Shown: positions 19,978 to 32,577, numbered from the stretch's first letter. The stretch is DNA of 64,000 nt from an uncultured Methanosarcinaceae archaeon (GCA_963727895.1 CAVSHT010000005.1:224001-288000); one strand, 5' to 3'. Translations and numbers: made by a program. The notes: generated by a model from the letters alone, not told the origin.

Positions 19978-21636
19978 TTAATATTTAAACTTCAATTTCA
20001 TTCCACAGAAAGGACAAAAATTTGGGGTTGTGGAAATATTCAATTTTCGAGAGCAATATGGACAAATCAGTCTGATCCCTCTTTTTTCTCCAGGACTCAA
20101 GCTTTGATGGGCTCTTGATTCTTCGGCCTCCTCAACAGAAACTGAAAGTTCAAGTTCTTTAAGAGAGTTTATGCTATATATATCACATGAAATATTTGAA
20201 TCCTGATTTTGAGTTTCAGAATTATTGGACATCAGATGTTCTTTTAGAACAGATTTTGCATCAGAAGTTTCGACTTTATTTTGAAGGTTTACCAGCGATG
20301 GAGTAGTTTTATTAATCCTTTCTAAGGCTTTTAATGCAGTCCTTCGTATGCAAGCATCTGGACTTTCAGTAGCTTTAACAATTCCTGCAACTGCTTCTGA
20401 AGTTCCAATTTTTTCAAGCGAAGAAATGACTACTTTTTGCATAAGGCTTTCTGGAGTCTCAAGGATTCGGATCAGTTCCGGCACAGCCTGTTGCGCTTTG
20501 AGATCACCAAGTGTAGAAGCTGCAGCTTCTCTTACTACTGCTTTAGAATCATTAAGAGCTTTTAAAAGACCTGAGATCGCTAAAGGAGTACCGGCTTTAC
20601 CAAGAGCCACGACTGCAGATTCCCTTACTGAACTATCAGGATCATTAAGAGCTTTAACTAATCCTTCTATAGCTTCAGGAGTTCTGTTTTTTCCAAGAGC
20701 ACAGGTAATTGTTCTCCTTAATGAGTTTTCATAAGTCTCGAAAGCTTTAGTAAGTCCCATTGCGGCCTCAGGAGTGCCAATGTTTCCCAAGGCGTCTGCA
20801 GCTCGGCTTCTCAAATACCAGTCTGGATCATCAAGAGCTTTCAAAAGTCCTGAGACCGCCTCAGGCGTACCTATCTTCCAGAGAGTTTCAATTGATATTT
20901 TTCTCACATCTCTACTCGAAGCCCCTAGTGCTTTGACAAGTATAGGTACTGAAGTTGAGTCACTTAATATTTTGCAAAGTGTTTCGGAAGCAGCTTCTTG
21001 TACAGGCTGTCTTGGATCCTTGATAGTTTCCATCAATTCATCAAGTACGTCAATTTTTCCCCGTTTTCCCAGAGTTTCAGCAGCTTGTCGGCTTATTTTA
21101 TTATCCGGGTTTTCAATAGCTTTTACCAAGCAGATAGCAGCTTCGTAAGTATCAATTTTCCCAAGTGCTATTATTGAAATTCTTTTCAACGAATCATCCG
21201 GATAAGTCAAGGCTTTTTCAAGGCCATAAATAGCTTCTTGAGAACCTATTCTCATAAGGGATTTCACAGCTTCTTTCTGAACAAATTTATCTTTATCCCC
21301 AAATCCTTTAATAATACCTGAAATTGCCTCTGATGTGCTTATTTTTTCAAGAGAAGAGATTGCAGCCTTTTTAACAGGACTTTCAGAGTCATCAAGAGCT
21401 TTTATAAGACCGGGAACAGATTCTGGTAATTTAAATTTCCCAAGAGCTTCTGCAACGGCAATTCTTACCTTTGAACTTGAATCATCCAGCGCTTCAATAA
21501 GTGCAGGCAAAGAGGATGGATTTTCTAATTTTCCAAGTTCTTCGGCAGCAATTGCTCGATTTCCTGCAAAGACTGAATGTTTTAATTTTTTAATAAGATT
21601 CTTGATATTCTCATCCATTTCTCTTCTATCCCCCAT
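19978..21636 (-). CDS. HEAT (PBS lyase-like) repeat protein with C-terminal zinc ribbon
   Basis: Repeated LxxALxDxDxxVRxxAAxALGxxG units; CPYC...CPFC at C-terminus. Confidence 0.9.
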   Translation of the reverse strand: MGDRREMDENIKNLIKKLKHSVFAGNRAIAAEELGKLENPSSLPALIEALDDSSSKVRIAVAEALGKFKLPESVPGLIKALDDSESPVKKAAISSLEKISTSEAISGIIKGFGDKDKFVQKEAVKSLMRIGSQEAIYGLEKALTYPDDSLKRISIIALGKIDTYEAAICLVKAIENPDNKISRQAAETLGKRGKIDVLDELMETIKDPRQPVQEAASETLCKILSDSTSVPILVKALGASSRDVRKISIETLWKIGTPEAVSGLLKALDDPDWYLRSRAADALGNIGTPEAAMGLTKAFETYENSLRRTITCALGKNRTPEAIEGLVKALNDPDSSVRESAVVALGKAGTPLAISGLLKALNDSKAVVREAAASTLGDLKAQQAVPELIRILETPESLMQKVVISSLEKIGTSEAVAGIVKATESPDACIRRTALKALERINKTTPSLVNLQNKVETSDAKSVLKEHLMSNNSETQNQDSNISCDIYSINSLKELELSVSVEEAEESRAHQSLSPGEKRGIRLICPYCSRKLNISTTPNFCPFCGMKLKFKY

Positions 21637-22210
21637 TAGTGTAAAACTTACTCGACCCAGTTTTAATTCAAATATTTAGTAATTTACAGTTTAGATAAAT
21701 AAAAATAAATAAAATGTTCTTCAATATGAGAATTCTAAAAGTGATATTTTCAATCTGGATTTTTAGTATGTTGACAATATAATTTCATAAATTATAACTC
21801 ATCTATTTGATTTTAGGGCTAGAAAGTTGCAAATATCCCCCTCTTTACACTATCAAATTCAACCCTTAACATTTTTTATTTTTAAAGATATTACATTCTA
21901 AGATATATTAACTTTTAGCTTGCTAATATGATAAAACGAGACTATTAGTGAAAATAATTAGGTATTAACAGAATAAGCAACCCATATATTGTTACTATAC
22001 CACTAGCATTTATATTCTCAAGTATCTCCACAATATTCTCAATTTTCTCCTTAAAATGAATACACTATTTGAAAAAATCCTTGAAACATTATTCATTTTT
22101 TAAATTAGCATTAACTGACATTTATCCATTATTATTTTTTTAACTTTTTATAAATAAAAATAGAAATGTCTATATAATTTATAGTCTTCATATTTTAATG
22201 GAGGATTCTT

Positions 22211-22959
22211 ATGAAGTTTACCAAGCAGGTCTTTACAATTTTTATCTTAGCTCTTTTAGTATCTCTTTCTGCAAGTGGATGCATCTCAAAAGGTGAAGGA
22301 ACGCAGGAACAAAATGTAACAGAGATAAATACAACCAAGATTTTGAATATAAGGGAAATCCAGTAACGCCATGGAATTCTAAACCAACGGCACCTGTGAT
22401 TGATCCTACGGCTTTTATCGACCCTCAGGCTTTTGTCATAGGAGATGTAACAATTGGCAGAAATGTGATGGTTTCTCCTATGGCCTCTATAAGGAGCGAC
22501 GAAGGAATGCCGATTTTCATAGGAAATAATAGCAATGTACAGGATGGAGTTGTGCTTCACGCCCTTGAGACAATTAATGAAGAAGGAGAACCTGTAGAAA
22601 AGAATCTGGTTGAAGTCGGCGGTGAAAAATATGCTGTTTATATAGGAGAAAATGTTTCGCTTGCTCATCAATCTCAGATACACGGTCCTTCTTATGTAGG
22701 CAATGATACTTTTATTGGTATGCAGGCTTTTGTTTTTAAGTCAAATGTGGGAAACAACTGTGTACTTGAGCCAACATCAGCAGCAATCGGAGTAAATATT
22801 CCTGACGGTAGGTATGTTCCAGCAGGTACGGTTGTCACTTCTCAGGCCGAAGCCGATAAGCTGCCAGAAATTACCGACTACTATGCATATAGACACACTA
22901 ATGAAGCCGTAGTATATGTAAACGTCCATCTGGCTGAAGGATATAATAAAGCTTCATAA
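22211..22959 (+). pseudogene. cam: Gamma-class carbonic anhydrase (Cam) with signal peptide; one A missing at 22356-22358
   Basis: IRSDEG, NVQDGVVLHAL, SLAHQSQIHGP; one extra A restores IRENPVTPWN and joins the signal peptide. Confidence 0.88.
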
Positions 22960-23139
22960 TTAAAGACAAGATTATCGAATAGATATATTTAAACAAAAAC
23001 TTAGTCTTAAAATATAAAAATCAAATTAATTTGAATAAAGAAAGTTGAATATTAAGAATCAAGAAGTTAGTTTGACCTTAGAGTTACCCGGAATCTCAAC
23101 TTTCTTTATTCCGAGTAAATTTTTTATATTTTATTTATT

Positions 23140-23269
23140 GAGTTCACCCCAAAACTAATATTATTCTCAAAACTTCCATAAATTTCAGGAATATTTTCGT
23201 GATCTGAAAATCAATTGATTATTCGGAATCCGGGGGTTGAGAAGTAGCCTTGAGTTTTGGGATGAATTT
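23140..23269. mobile_element. 130-bp MITE-like element, family A copy 1
   Basis: Imperfect TIR GAGTTCACCCCAAAACT / AGTTTTGGGATGAATTT; similar to 48345-48474. Confidence 0.65.
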
Positions 23270-24690
23270 TTCCATAATAGAAAAATTGGATATTTTGGGG
23301 AGTTGAAATATAATTGCAGCTACCTAATATCATTTTTTCCGGCTCAAAAAACTAATTTAAGAGCAATAATGTGTATACTTTTAATATATTTGGATAGGAT
23401 GATTTTTCCCAAAATAATCAAAAACTAAATATGCGGCTTTTTTTGTTTTTTTGGTCAAATGCGAATATTGAAACTAAATGAAAAATATTATTTTGAACAT
23501 TAAAGTTCATCCTTGAAATAAGAATATTATAGGGTAATAAACAAAATAAAGAATGAAATAGTGAAATATATAAGAAATATGTGGAAAAATTGCCTATCAA
23601 AAAAATAAAACATATATTTGAGCATATATTTCTTTTAAATTGAGAAATATAAGTCAAATAGCAAAATAATGAAATAAATTAAAATATTTATCAAAATAAA
23701 GTGGTATAATTAGATATTAAACTTATTTCTTTTAATCAAATGATTTAATTTTGAAAGAAAGATACATAGAAGTCTATATTTAAGATAAAACTATTCTTTT
23801 AGTTTTGATAAGTATTAAAGTTATTATATTGAACTTTATTTTAGATTAAGTTCTAATTAAAGCTTTTTTTTAAAAGGATGTCTATAAAAATATTTCAATA
23901 TGTAAGTAACGTTATATTTTACGTTTTATATTTCAGAACCGTTGGCTATAAACCAACAAGACAATTGGAAACAAAAATAGGATTATGCTGTTAAAATGAA
24001 AAAGTGATACTCCTAGATATAAATCCTACTTCAATTATGTGATCCTAAATTGATAGGAGTAAAAAAATGTAAAAGCAGTATGTGAATTTCACAAACCAGT
24101 ATTCAAATCAATATACAAAACAATAACCCAAAATTATACAAAAAATAATCCATAACTTAATCTACTTTTATTTTAAAAGTGATAGAAACCTTGATAAACA
24201 CCTTTACCAAATAAACATATTTACCTAAATATACAAAATTATTATATAGAAAATATAGGACTTAAAATCATTTTTAGGTCCTATAAGCCATTCAAAATCT
24301 AGAGATACTGGATACAATGATACTAGATACAATAGAGCTAAAAAGCTAATAACTTTGAAAAATCAATTTTTAGACCTTTATCCTACAAAACAATGGGCTA
24401 AATATCTAACTTTTACCTGAGAATGCTGAGAAAAAGTCCTAAAATCAGGATCCATTTAGATAATAAAGAAATAAATATATTTATTTGTTTTTAATATATA
24501 AAGGGAATATTATTTAAAGACTTAAAAAATACATGTTAATCCTAGAAACTGGCAGTAACCTGAAGACAATCATTAGCGATGATGCCAAATTTCTCTACAG
24601 CTTAAAAGGCACCTGTCCAGCTTCAAGACATTCCAGAGGACAAAGACCTCTATAAAATAAAATGAAGGCAACATTGATGCCTTTAAGGAG

Positions 24691-26355
24691 TTGGTCATAT
24701 TGAAATTTTTGCTGTTCGTATTATTACTTGTGTGCCTAATCGGAACAGCGTCAGCAGTTGATGTTCCGGCGGGATATGTATCTACTTATAAATTGAATTC
24801 ACCAGGAACAACCTATGTATTGACTGGAAATATATCAGCAAACACAACTGCATTTTCCGTAGCAGCAAATGATATTGTTTTGGATGGAAATGGATACACA
24901 ATAGATTGCGGGTTAACCGGTGCTGGTGATGGGGTAGTTAGTGACAAATACACTAACATCACTATAAAAAACTTAAAAGTTATACAGCACAATCCAAGTA
25001 AATCATCAAGTGGGATCCGCATTGAAAATACAGCAAATACTCTTATCAGTAATTGTTCTGCATCAAGTATAGCAGAATCCGGCATATATGTCACTGGATC
25101 TAACACAACAATTAACAGATGCAATGCGTCATCAGTTAAAGGTACAGCATTGTACATAGATGCAAAAGATTCAAATGTGACAAATTGTTTGGCTGTATCT
25201 GACACACATTATGCAATATCTCTTACAGATGCAAACAATAACATAGTGTCAAATTGTATAGGGCATTCTAATATAAGTGGTGGAATTGACTTTGCAACAT
25301 CAACTAATAATAAGGTATCTAACTGTGATGGTTATTCAAATACAAGTCATGGTCTCTCATTTACGACATGTACAAACAACAAAGTTAGCAGTTCAATTGG
25401 ATACACAAATTCCAGTGCAGGAGGTGATGGAATCTCTCTGGAAAACTCCTCAAAGAATACTTTTATTAACAGCACTGGATCATCTTATTTGAAATTTGGT
25501 ATTAAGCTGGCTGGTAAAACCACATACAATACTTTTGTAAATTGTGTAGGAGAGTCTTTTGGACGCAATAGTATATATCAAGGAATCTGGTTTACATTTT
25601 CGTCGGCTGCATGCTCTGGAACTAATGTTTATACAAATTGTACAAGTCGGTCTGCACTTGCGACTACATGTAATGATTCCTCAAAAACAACAGTGCTAGC
25701 TATGGGTGACTCAATTACCGCAGGCGGTGCTGCTGGATTGCCTTATGGTGCATACATCCATTACGCGAATCTCACACTGAACAATCGAGGATATGTATTT
25801 TATGATGCCGGACTTGGAGGAGAGAAAGCATCATCTGGAAGAGTACGCTTTTTAGATGAAATGGCGGTATTTAAACCCAAATATGTAACCATCATGTACG
25901 GTGCTAATGATTTGAAAGCTATGCGGTCTCAACAAGACATTATTGACGACATTTTGTGGATGGCATCACAGGCTAAAGCACAGGGAGCCACACCAATAAT
26001 TCTTTTGACTCCCGCCAGGAGAGGCTCTGAGGAGAATACAACAAGTCTAGATCAGAGTCTGTCTACACAAGCACTTGCAGCTGGATACAAGGTCTTTAAT
26101 GTTTATGACATAATAGATACCGTGCCCAACAACTCACAGTACGATAAATACAACTCCACCAATTATGTAGATAGCGTCCACCCTAATCAAGCAGGTAATA
26201 AATTGATAGGAGACGCATTCGCGAACTACATTGCAGGATTAGGTCAAGGGAATAATCAACAGACTTCTGTTACACAACAGTCATCTGTTAGCTTTATTAC
26301 TAAAATTGAGCTATGGGTACGTTCCTATATAGATACAATTCAAAAACTTATCTAA
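24691..26355 (+). CDS. Secreted parallel beta-helix (NosD/pectin-lyase-like) plus SGNH/GDSL hydrolase
   Basis: Signal peptide; LDGNGYTI and NNxVSNC repeats; GDSIT, GLGG, GANDL and DSVHPN blocks. Confidence 0.85.
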   Translation: MVILKFLLFVLLLVCLIGTASAVDVPAGYVSTYKLNSPGTTYVLTGNISANTTAFSVAANDIVLDGNGYTIDCGLTGAGDGVVSDKYTNITIKNLKVIQHNPSKSSSGIRIENTANTLISNCSASSIAESGIYVTGSNTTINRCNASSVKGTALYIDAKDSNVTNCLAVSDTHYAISLTDANNNIVSNCIGHSNISGGIDFATSTNNKVSNCDGYSNTSHGLSFTTCTNNKVSSSIGYTNSSAGGDGISLENSSKNTFINSTGSSYLKFGIKLAGKTTYNTFVNCVGESFGRNSIYQGIWFTFSSAACSGTNVYTNCTSRSALATTCNDSSKTTVLAMGDSITAGGAAGLPYGAYIHYANLTLNNRGYVFYDAGLGGEKASSGRVRFLDEMAVFKPKYVTIMYGANDLKAMRSQQDIIDDILWMASQAKAQGATPIILLTPARRGSEENTTSLDQSLSTQALAAGYKVFNVYDIIDTVPNNSQYDKYNSTNYVDSVHPNQAGNKLIGDAFANYIAGLGQGNNQQTSVTQQSSVSFITKIELWVRSYIDTIQKLI

Positions 26356-26582
26356 AATACACATGAAATGTTTTTTAGAAATAGAACTATCTAACTAAAA
26401 TCAAAAAAATAGACAACAATGAAGAAATTTAAACTGCGAGCTGAGCAATTGGACTTCCGTCTTTGAAATATAAATCAAGCATATTAGACATTGTGAATAA
26501 TCGTACTTTAGGTAGTTGAAGGTCTAATATGTTATTTTTAATTTCAACTGCTTAAGTCCTGTATTTTTTATTTTCTTTATAA

Positions 26583-27788
26583 TTACTCATCAAGTTCTTT
26601 TCTTCCAAAAATATAGTTTGCAACCCTTATCGCATCTTTTTCTCCTGTTTCTTTTTCCTGTGAATCACTTAATTTTACAACAGGAATACCTTCGATACTA
26701 TGCAGTTTTATAACCATATTAAGAGGCGGACTTTCTCTGAAGAAGTCTGAGTTGTTGGTCAGGTTTGTGCCGATACCAAAACTGCAGTTGATTTTTCCTT
26801 CGCAGTATTTTTTGAGCTTAATCGCTGTATCTGCATTGAGGGCATCACTGAAAACGATTGATTTTTTCATGGGATCTATGCCCATTTTCTGATAATGCTT
26901 TATCACAGAATCTACAAAGGTATAAGGGTCTCCACTATCGTGCCTGAATCCATCATAAATTTTTGATAACTTCAGATCCATGTCCTTAAAAAAGGCCTTT
27001 GAGCCAAATGTGTCTGTAAGAGCAATTCCAAGATCCCCATTATAAACTTCGACCCAGTTCTCAAAAGCGAAATGGTTTGCATATCTTAAACCAACAAGAG
27101 CCGAAGTGCCCATAATCCATTCATGTCCAACTGTTCCGATTGGTTTTACACCGTATTTTTTTGCAAAATATACATTACTTGTTCCACTAAGAGTCTTTAT
27201 TGTTGTTAGGGCTTTCATCGCACGATCATGGAGTTCGAAACTTCTTCTCCTGCGAGTTCCAAATTCCGAAAAAAGACAATCATTTTCTTCAAGAGCTTTT
27301 CCTATTTCAAGGATCTTGTTTTCATAATCAGCCAGTACAGATTCCGAAGTACATCCATTTTGAGAATTTCCTTTCCACTCATTTTCAATAGTTGCAAAAT
27401 AGAGTTCGGAAACTACGGCCATAATGACAATTTCCCATAAAATAGTACTATGCCAGGGCCCTTTTATTCGAATATCCAGGTCTTTTTCTTCAGTAAGGCA
27501 AATTTTTACTTCACCTGACTTGAAACGGTAATTCTTAAGATATTCAAGATACATGGGTTTCAGGTAAGAGCAGTTATCGGAAAGCCAGTTGTATTCTTCT
27601 TCTGTTAAGGCTAGTTTTGAGATATCTTCTTCTATGATCCTCTTCAGTTCTTCTACAAACTCTGTAGAAAAGCGCTGAGAGCCACGGTTTGTAAACCGAT
27701 ACTCAGCTTCAGTTTTAGGAAAAAGTTCTAGTACTGCAAGTTGCATGGTGAATTTGTAAAGATCGTTATCAAGTATAGATTTAATCAC
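26583..27788 (-). CDS. pncB: Nicotinate phosphoribosyltransferase
   Basis: [38 protein letters not shown]. Confidence 0.95.
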   Translation of the reverse strand: MIKSILDNDLYKFTMQLAVLELFPKTEAEYRFTNRGSQRFSTEFVEELKRIIEEDISKLALTEEEYNWLSDNCSYLKPMYLEYLKNYRFKSGEVKICLTEEKDLDIRIKGPWHSTILWEIVIMAVVSELYFATIENEWKGNSQNGCTSESVLADYENKILEIGKALEENDCLFSEFGTRRRRSFELHDRAMKALTTIKTLSGTSNVYFAKKYGVKPIGTVGHEWIMGTSALVGLRYANHFAFENWVEVYNGDLGIALTDTFGSKAFFKDMDLKLSKIYDGFRHDSGDPYTFVDSVIKHYQKMGIDPMKKSIVFSDALNADTAIKLKKYCEGKINCSFGIGTNLTNNSDFFRESPPLNMVIKLHSIEGIPVVKLSDSQEKETGEKDAIRVANYIFGRKELDE

Positions 27789-28066
27789 GAAAGGCCTTCC
27801 TGTAGCGTTTTAAATTGCTTATACAGCAAACTATTTTTATAATCGCACCTTTTGATCAACATATATAGTTACTATATTTTTAAAATTTCTGATACATGGG
27901 AATAAATCTCAGTGGTAAAGTTAAGTTTTCTTATTGACCTCAGGAAAAAAAGAAGTCTTAGATTTCCAGACAAAGGAATCAGAAAAATAATTTACATAAA
28001 ATTAAGGTTTATAAATAGCCAATTTTCTAATAAGATACAATTATATCCAATCCATACTTATAACCT

Positions 28067-28444
28067 ATGATAATTATGGAGAAAGCTGCTAAAGAAATTA
28101 AAGAAATCAAAGAGATAAAGGGTTTTTTGCCCAGATCTATTGAGTATGCCGGACAGATGAACAAAGACTTTGCCGAAGGCTTATCAGGTCTTTATAAAGC
28201 CGTCTGGGGGGAAAGGGAAGGCGGACTTTCTATGAAACATAAGCATCTAATAGTCTTTGCTATAGCCTGCTCAACCAATAATACAGAGAGCGCGGTTAAA
28301 ATCCTTGAAAGACTTCATAAATTTGGAGCTACAAGAACTGAGATTAACGATGCCATGATGCTAGCCGCCTGGACAGGTGGAATCCAGCATTTTACGGATT
28401 TCAGTATAAAAATTCTTAAAGAAATGGATAGATTAGGTTATTAA
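28067..28444 (+). CDS. Carboxymuconolactone decarboxylase / AhpD-like protein
   Basis: GLSMKHKHLIVFAIA and GATRTEINDAM helices; no CxxC; start may be 28076. Confidence 0.75.
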   Translation: MIIMEKAAKEIKEIKEIKGFLPRSIEYAGQMNKDFAEGLSGLYKAVWGEREGGLSMKHKHLIVFAIACSTNNTESAVKILERLHKFGATRTEINDAMMLAAWTGGIQHFTDFSIKILKEMDRLGY

Positions 28445-28577
28445 GGATATAAAACCTTTATTAAAAGCATTTTCTTTAATTTTTTAATTAATTATGGTTT
28501 CCATTAAAATTAATTTTTTGTCAAAACTTTTTGCCAGATAAGTGATATCTTTTATACAATATTTAGGACTGGTAAAT

Positions 28578-28727
28578 ATGGATGTTACATATAAGAAAAT
28601 GGATACAGAGAAAGGGAGTTCTCTAGTTCTGTTTAGAGAAGTTCAAAAAATGAATCAGACATGGATCTGGATAATTGTTTCAATATCTGTCATCCTTATA
28701 TGGTACGAGGCTTATCAGCAACTATAG
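28578..28727 (+). pseudogene. N-terminal fragment of a membrane protein, truncated by IS630
   Basis: LFREVQK..WIWII hydrophobic start ends exactly at the IS630 end. Confidence 0.5.
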
Positions 28728-29686
28728 TCACCTCTGTATTTAATGCAACATTATTATACCTGAAATTAGTATATTATTTTAATTATGAGTTTGAAAATGT
28801 TTACAACTTTTGATATTTCTTCAGCTATTATAAATTCCTGTAACAAAAACGAGTAGATTAAACTTCAAGCCTTATTATTGGTCAAAAATGGTTTGAGTCC
28901 CGCTAAAGCTGCCGACGATTTTTCAGTTCACCGTTCAACTGTTCATCGCTGGATAAAACGAGCTGAAACCGACGGTTTGTTTAGCCTTAAATGTAAACCT
29001 GGTCGAGGAATCAAGTCTTTTTTAACTGCAGAACAATTATCTGAGTTAAGAGAGGCATTTTTAGAACCTATACCAACAGATGATGTTTATTCTCGTGGTT
29101 GGCAAACAAAAGATGCAGTTCAATTTGTCAAGGAAAAATTTGGAGTATCTGATTCCAAATCAAGAATGAGACAAATTTTAAAAAATTTAGGGTTGAGAAA
29201 AATCACATGTCGACCTCAATTTAAAAGAAGAAATGAGGTGCTTAAAAAATAATTCATAAGAGAAGTCCAAAAAACAGATTACTAAACCCTAATCATTTAT
29301 TCGTTACCCATGATGAAAATAATTTTTGTGTGGATTCAAATAGATCAAGATGTTGGGCAATAAAGGGCTCAAAACCTATTAAATTTACAAGTGGTTCAAA
29401 AGAAAAAATCAATATTGGAGGATTCTACATTGAAAATGGAGAGTTTTATTGGTATGATTTAGGAATTACACAGAATACAGACTCTTACTTAAAATCATTA
29501 ATCAAGTTTCAAAGAGATATAGGGGCAAGGATATTTCTTTTACTAAACAGAGCTACATAGCATAGATCAGCAAAGGCAAAGGAATTTTATCAAAATAATA
29601 AGCATTGGTTGAAAATAATATTTTTCCCTCCAGCTACTCCAGATAGGAACCCAGTAGAATACTGTTGGAAAGTGACAGGAGAAAAC
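28725..29686 (+). mobile_element. IS630 family element; transposase disrupted and 3'-truncated
   Basis: HTH VHRSTVHRW, PGRG, HDE, PPATPDRNPVEYCW; stops at 28854 (TAG), 29250 (TAA), 29558 (TAG); begins after TA. Confidence 0.85.
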
Positions 29687-30785
29687 TTAGGAATGCTTGA
29701 AATATAACTTCAAGTTTTCACCTCTGGAATTGCTCTATAATTCCATTTCCCCAAATAATCATCAAATATAATTTTCATATTTTCCTTGAAGTTTTCACTT
29801 ACTTTTCTTGCTGTTGCATAAACTTTATCCTTGATAGTCGAAAATACTTTCAATCCTGTTGATGTAGAAGTCTTATCAATAAGACTTTTAACCACATCAA
29901 GACTGCTGAAAACGGTGCCTTTGCAGGCAGCCGTTACATGGCAGAATAACCTATGTTCAATTGGATTGTATTTCGAAGTGTATGGTGGATAGTGAGCCAT
30001 TCGAATTTCAATTCCAATTTTATTTACCAGCTTTTGTAAGTCTTCCTTGAAAATATAATGTCTACTTGAGTTACTTCCACCACCATCTCCCAAAATTAAA
30101 ATGCTCTTTGCCTTGAGGTACTTTTCCTTGCCGTAATTTTTCCCCCAGTCTTTAATACAGTCACAACAAAATTCACTCGTATCCTTACCGGTTCCTAAAG
30201 TGATATAACCTTCATAAGTTTCACGTCGTATATACCGTGCGGAATTACAACGCAATCTGAAAATGTACGGAAGTCGTGATCATATACCTTTACCGTTTCA
30301 GTACAATAAAATTTTCCATTTCGGTAGAAATTACCTATAAACTCTTTTTTTACATCTATACTGATAATTGGATTTTCGCTGTTAGAGTACTCTTCTTTCA
30401 ACTCGCTAATTCTCTCAAATTGCTTGTTTCTGTCTTTACAGTCTTTCATTGTGACAGCTTTTTGCATTTTTCTTTCTACAAAATTATGTTTATTCAATAG
30501 CTGCTTTACTACATATGGTGATATATTCAGATCTCTTGATTTGAAAGCATTTGAAATTTTTTTAAGGGTAAGGTTTGTCCATTTTATTTCTTCGTCCATA
30601 GGACTTCTAACAGTGTGATTTTTTATGATCTCAAAGAAAACTTCATCGATATTTTCCACAGTGTCGATGATTTTCTTTTTACCTCCACCAGGCTTTCGAA
30701 TCCTGTAATCTGGTGTTTTTATACCATTAGTGATTTCATTAATTCCAGCCATGACAGTTTGGAAATGACAACCTCGTAAACTACT
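29687..30785 (-). mobile_element. ISAzo13 family transposase, frameshifted and 5'-truncated by IS1
   Basis: RIRKPGGG, ISIDVKKE, DHDF, DGGGSNS, HYPPYTSKYNPIEHRLF. Confidence 0.9.
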
Positions 30786-31522
30786 GGAATTGATACTTAA
30801 ACATAGTTATATGCTTATAACATATATTTCTTCATGAACTGCCCCAGATGCAATAGTTCTAATCACAAAAAGAACGGTATAGTTGGCGGGCGTCAACGGT
30901 ACAAATGCTCTGATTGTGGCTATAACTATACAGTAGAGCTAAAATCAACTGCTTTTTCCGCTTCTGTAAAAAGACAGGCTTTACAACTTTACCTTGAAGG
31001 ATTGGGCTTTCGCTCAATAGGAAGAGTTTTAGGGGTGAGTCATGTTTCTGTCCAAAAATGGATAACGAAATTTGGTCAAGAGTGAGAGGACCTAAAAAGT
31101 GAAAATGAGATATCTATTGTTAAAATGGATGAAATGCACACTTACATCGGTAACAAAAAAAATATTGCTGGATCTGGATTGCTGTTGATAGAATTGGGAA
31201 AAAGTTCATCAACTGCTCTTTTGGCAGCAGAGGAACGGAAACTGGAAAACGACTATGGAAAAATTGAAGAAAAAAGAGATTGGAGAAGTGATGACCGATC
31301 ACTGGAGAGCATATGCAGAGTTTCTTCCTGAAACGATTCATACTCAATCAAAAGCAGAAACATTTACAGTTGAGGGATATAACAGCATATTGAAGCACTT
31401 TCTAGCAAGATTGAGAAGAAAGACAAAGTGTTATACAAAAAGTCTTGAAATGCTAAAGTACTCGGTTATTCTATTGATGAAATAAAGAAATAAAGAACTA
31501 GATATAGTTAAGTAACAATGCC
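30786..31522 (+). mobile_element. IS1 family element, copy 1 (premature TGA at 31083)
   Basis: CPRC..KNG..GRQRYKC zinc finger, DEM, TDHW, VEGYN; ends GGAATTGATACTTAA / TTAAGTAACAATGCC. Confidence 0.92.
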
Positions 31523-31695
31523 AAGATTTTTATTCTATATGATACAAATTTTCTAAACTTTTATATATGTTATTTTTCAGTTACCTTTTTAAATGTCTAT
31601 TCCCTCAAAATAACAAATTCTTATCATCTTTGCCGTAAATATCTGTAGCATTCTGGCAAAATATATTTTCAGATCAAAAAACAGGAAACGTTCCT

Positions 31696-32577
31696 ATGAA
31701 AATGAACCCACGCTGTACCTATTGTTTGCTTTCAAGAGTACACTTTCAATCCAAACTTTCCACAGATGACGAAGATCTTATTAGCAAGACAATTCACGAA
31801 TGTCTTCAAGTTATGACTAAAAACTACAGCCCTGAATCTGTATCTGCTTCCGTAGCCACCAAAGTTCACCGGAAATGTTATGAGGTCCTGGGAGACAATG
31901 ATCCTTACGCAGTAACAAAAAAGCTTATCAATCAGGCTGCAATGAAAGTCCTGCCCGCGGCAAAAGAGAAAATTTATGGAAATTTCCCTGATAACGGAGA
32001 ACTGTTTAAGCGGGCAGTGCTGGCATCCGTGGTTGCAAATTACTTTGATTTCGGGATTATGGGATTTGATGCCAGTGAAGACAAGTTTGAAGCCGCTTTT
32101 CTGAAATACTTCGAACAGGGACTTGATGTTGACGATACACCTAAAATGCTAGGGCTTTTGCAGGATGTTGTTTACCTTGCAGATAATTGCGGAGAGATCC
32201 TATTTGATGTATTCGTTTTTGAAATTATCAAGAAATTGGGTGGGAGAATCACACTTGTAGTCAGGGGTGGACCTATTCTTACAGATGTCACTATGGCAGA
32301 GGTAAAAGAGTTTGAAATTGACAAAAAGGTAGATAGAGTCCTGACGACCGGCTCAAATTCCGTGGGAGTCCTTATTGAAGAAGCGCCGGCTGAACTGATT
32401 CAAGCTATGAAGGATGCAACTCTTATTATCAGCAAAGGAATGGCAAATTACGAAACTCTCTCCGAACATAACTTTGGACCTATTGCTTATATGCTTCTTA
32501 CTAAATGTGAGTGTGTTGCTGAAGATCTGGGACTTGAAAAGGGTCTATCCGTTGCAAAACTGATGAACTATCCCTGA
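31696..32577 (+). CDS. Damage-control phosphatase, ARMT1/DUF89 family
   Basis: CxxC N-terminus, DPY, DNCGE, KGMANYETL, KC. Confidence 0.9.
   Translation: MKMNPRCTYCLLSRVHFQSKLSTDDEDLISKTIHECLQVMTKNYSPESVSASVATKVHRKCYEVLGDNDPYAVTKKLINQAAMKVLPAAKEKIYGNFPDNGELFKRAVLASVVANYFDFGIMGFDASEDKFEAAFLKYFEQGLDVDDTPKMLGLLQDVVYLADNCGEILFDVFVFEIIKKLGGRITLVVRGGPILTDVTMAEVKEFEIDKKVDRVLTTGSNSVGVLIEEAPAELIQAMKDATLIISKGMANYETLSEHNFGPIAYMLLTKCECVAEDLGLEKGLSVAKLMNYP

Noticed and set aside
22960..24690. Long AT-rich intergenic region as replication origin or ncRNA; palindrome at 24254-24285
   Set aside because: No ORB-like repeats or cdc6 neighbour recognised; one palindrome is too little evidence
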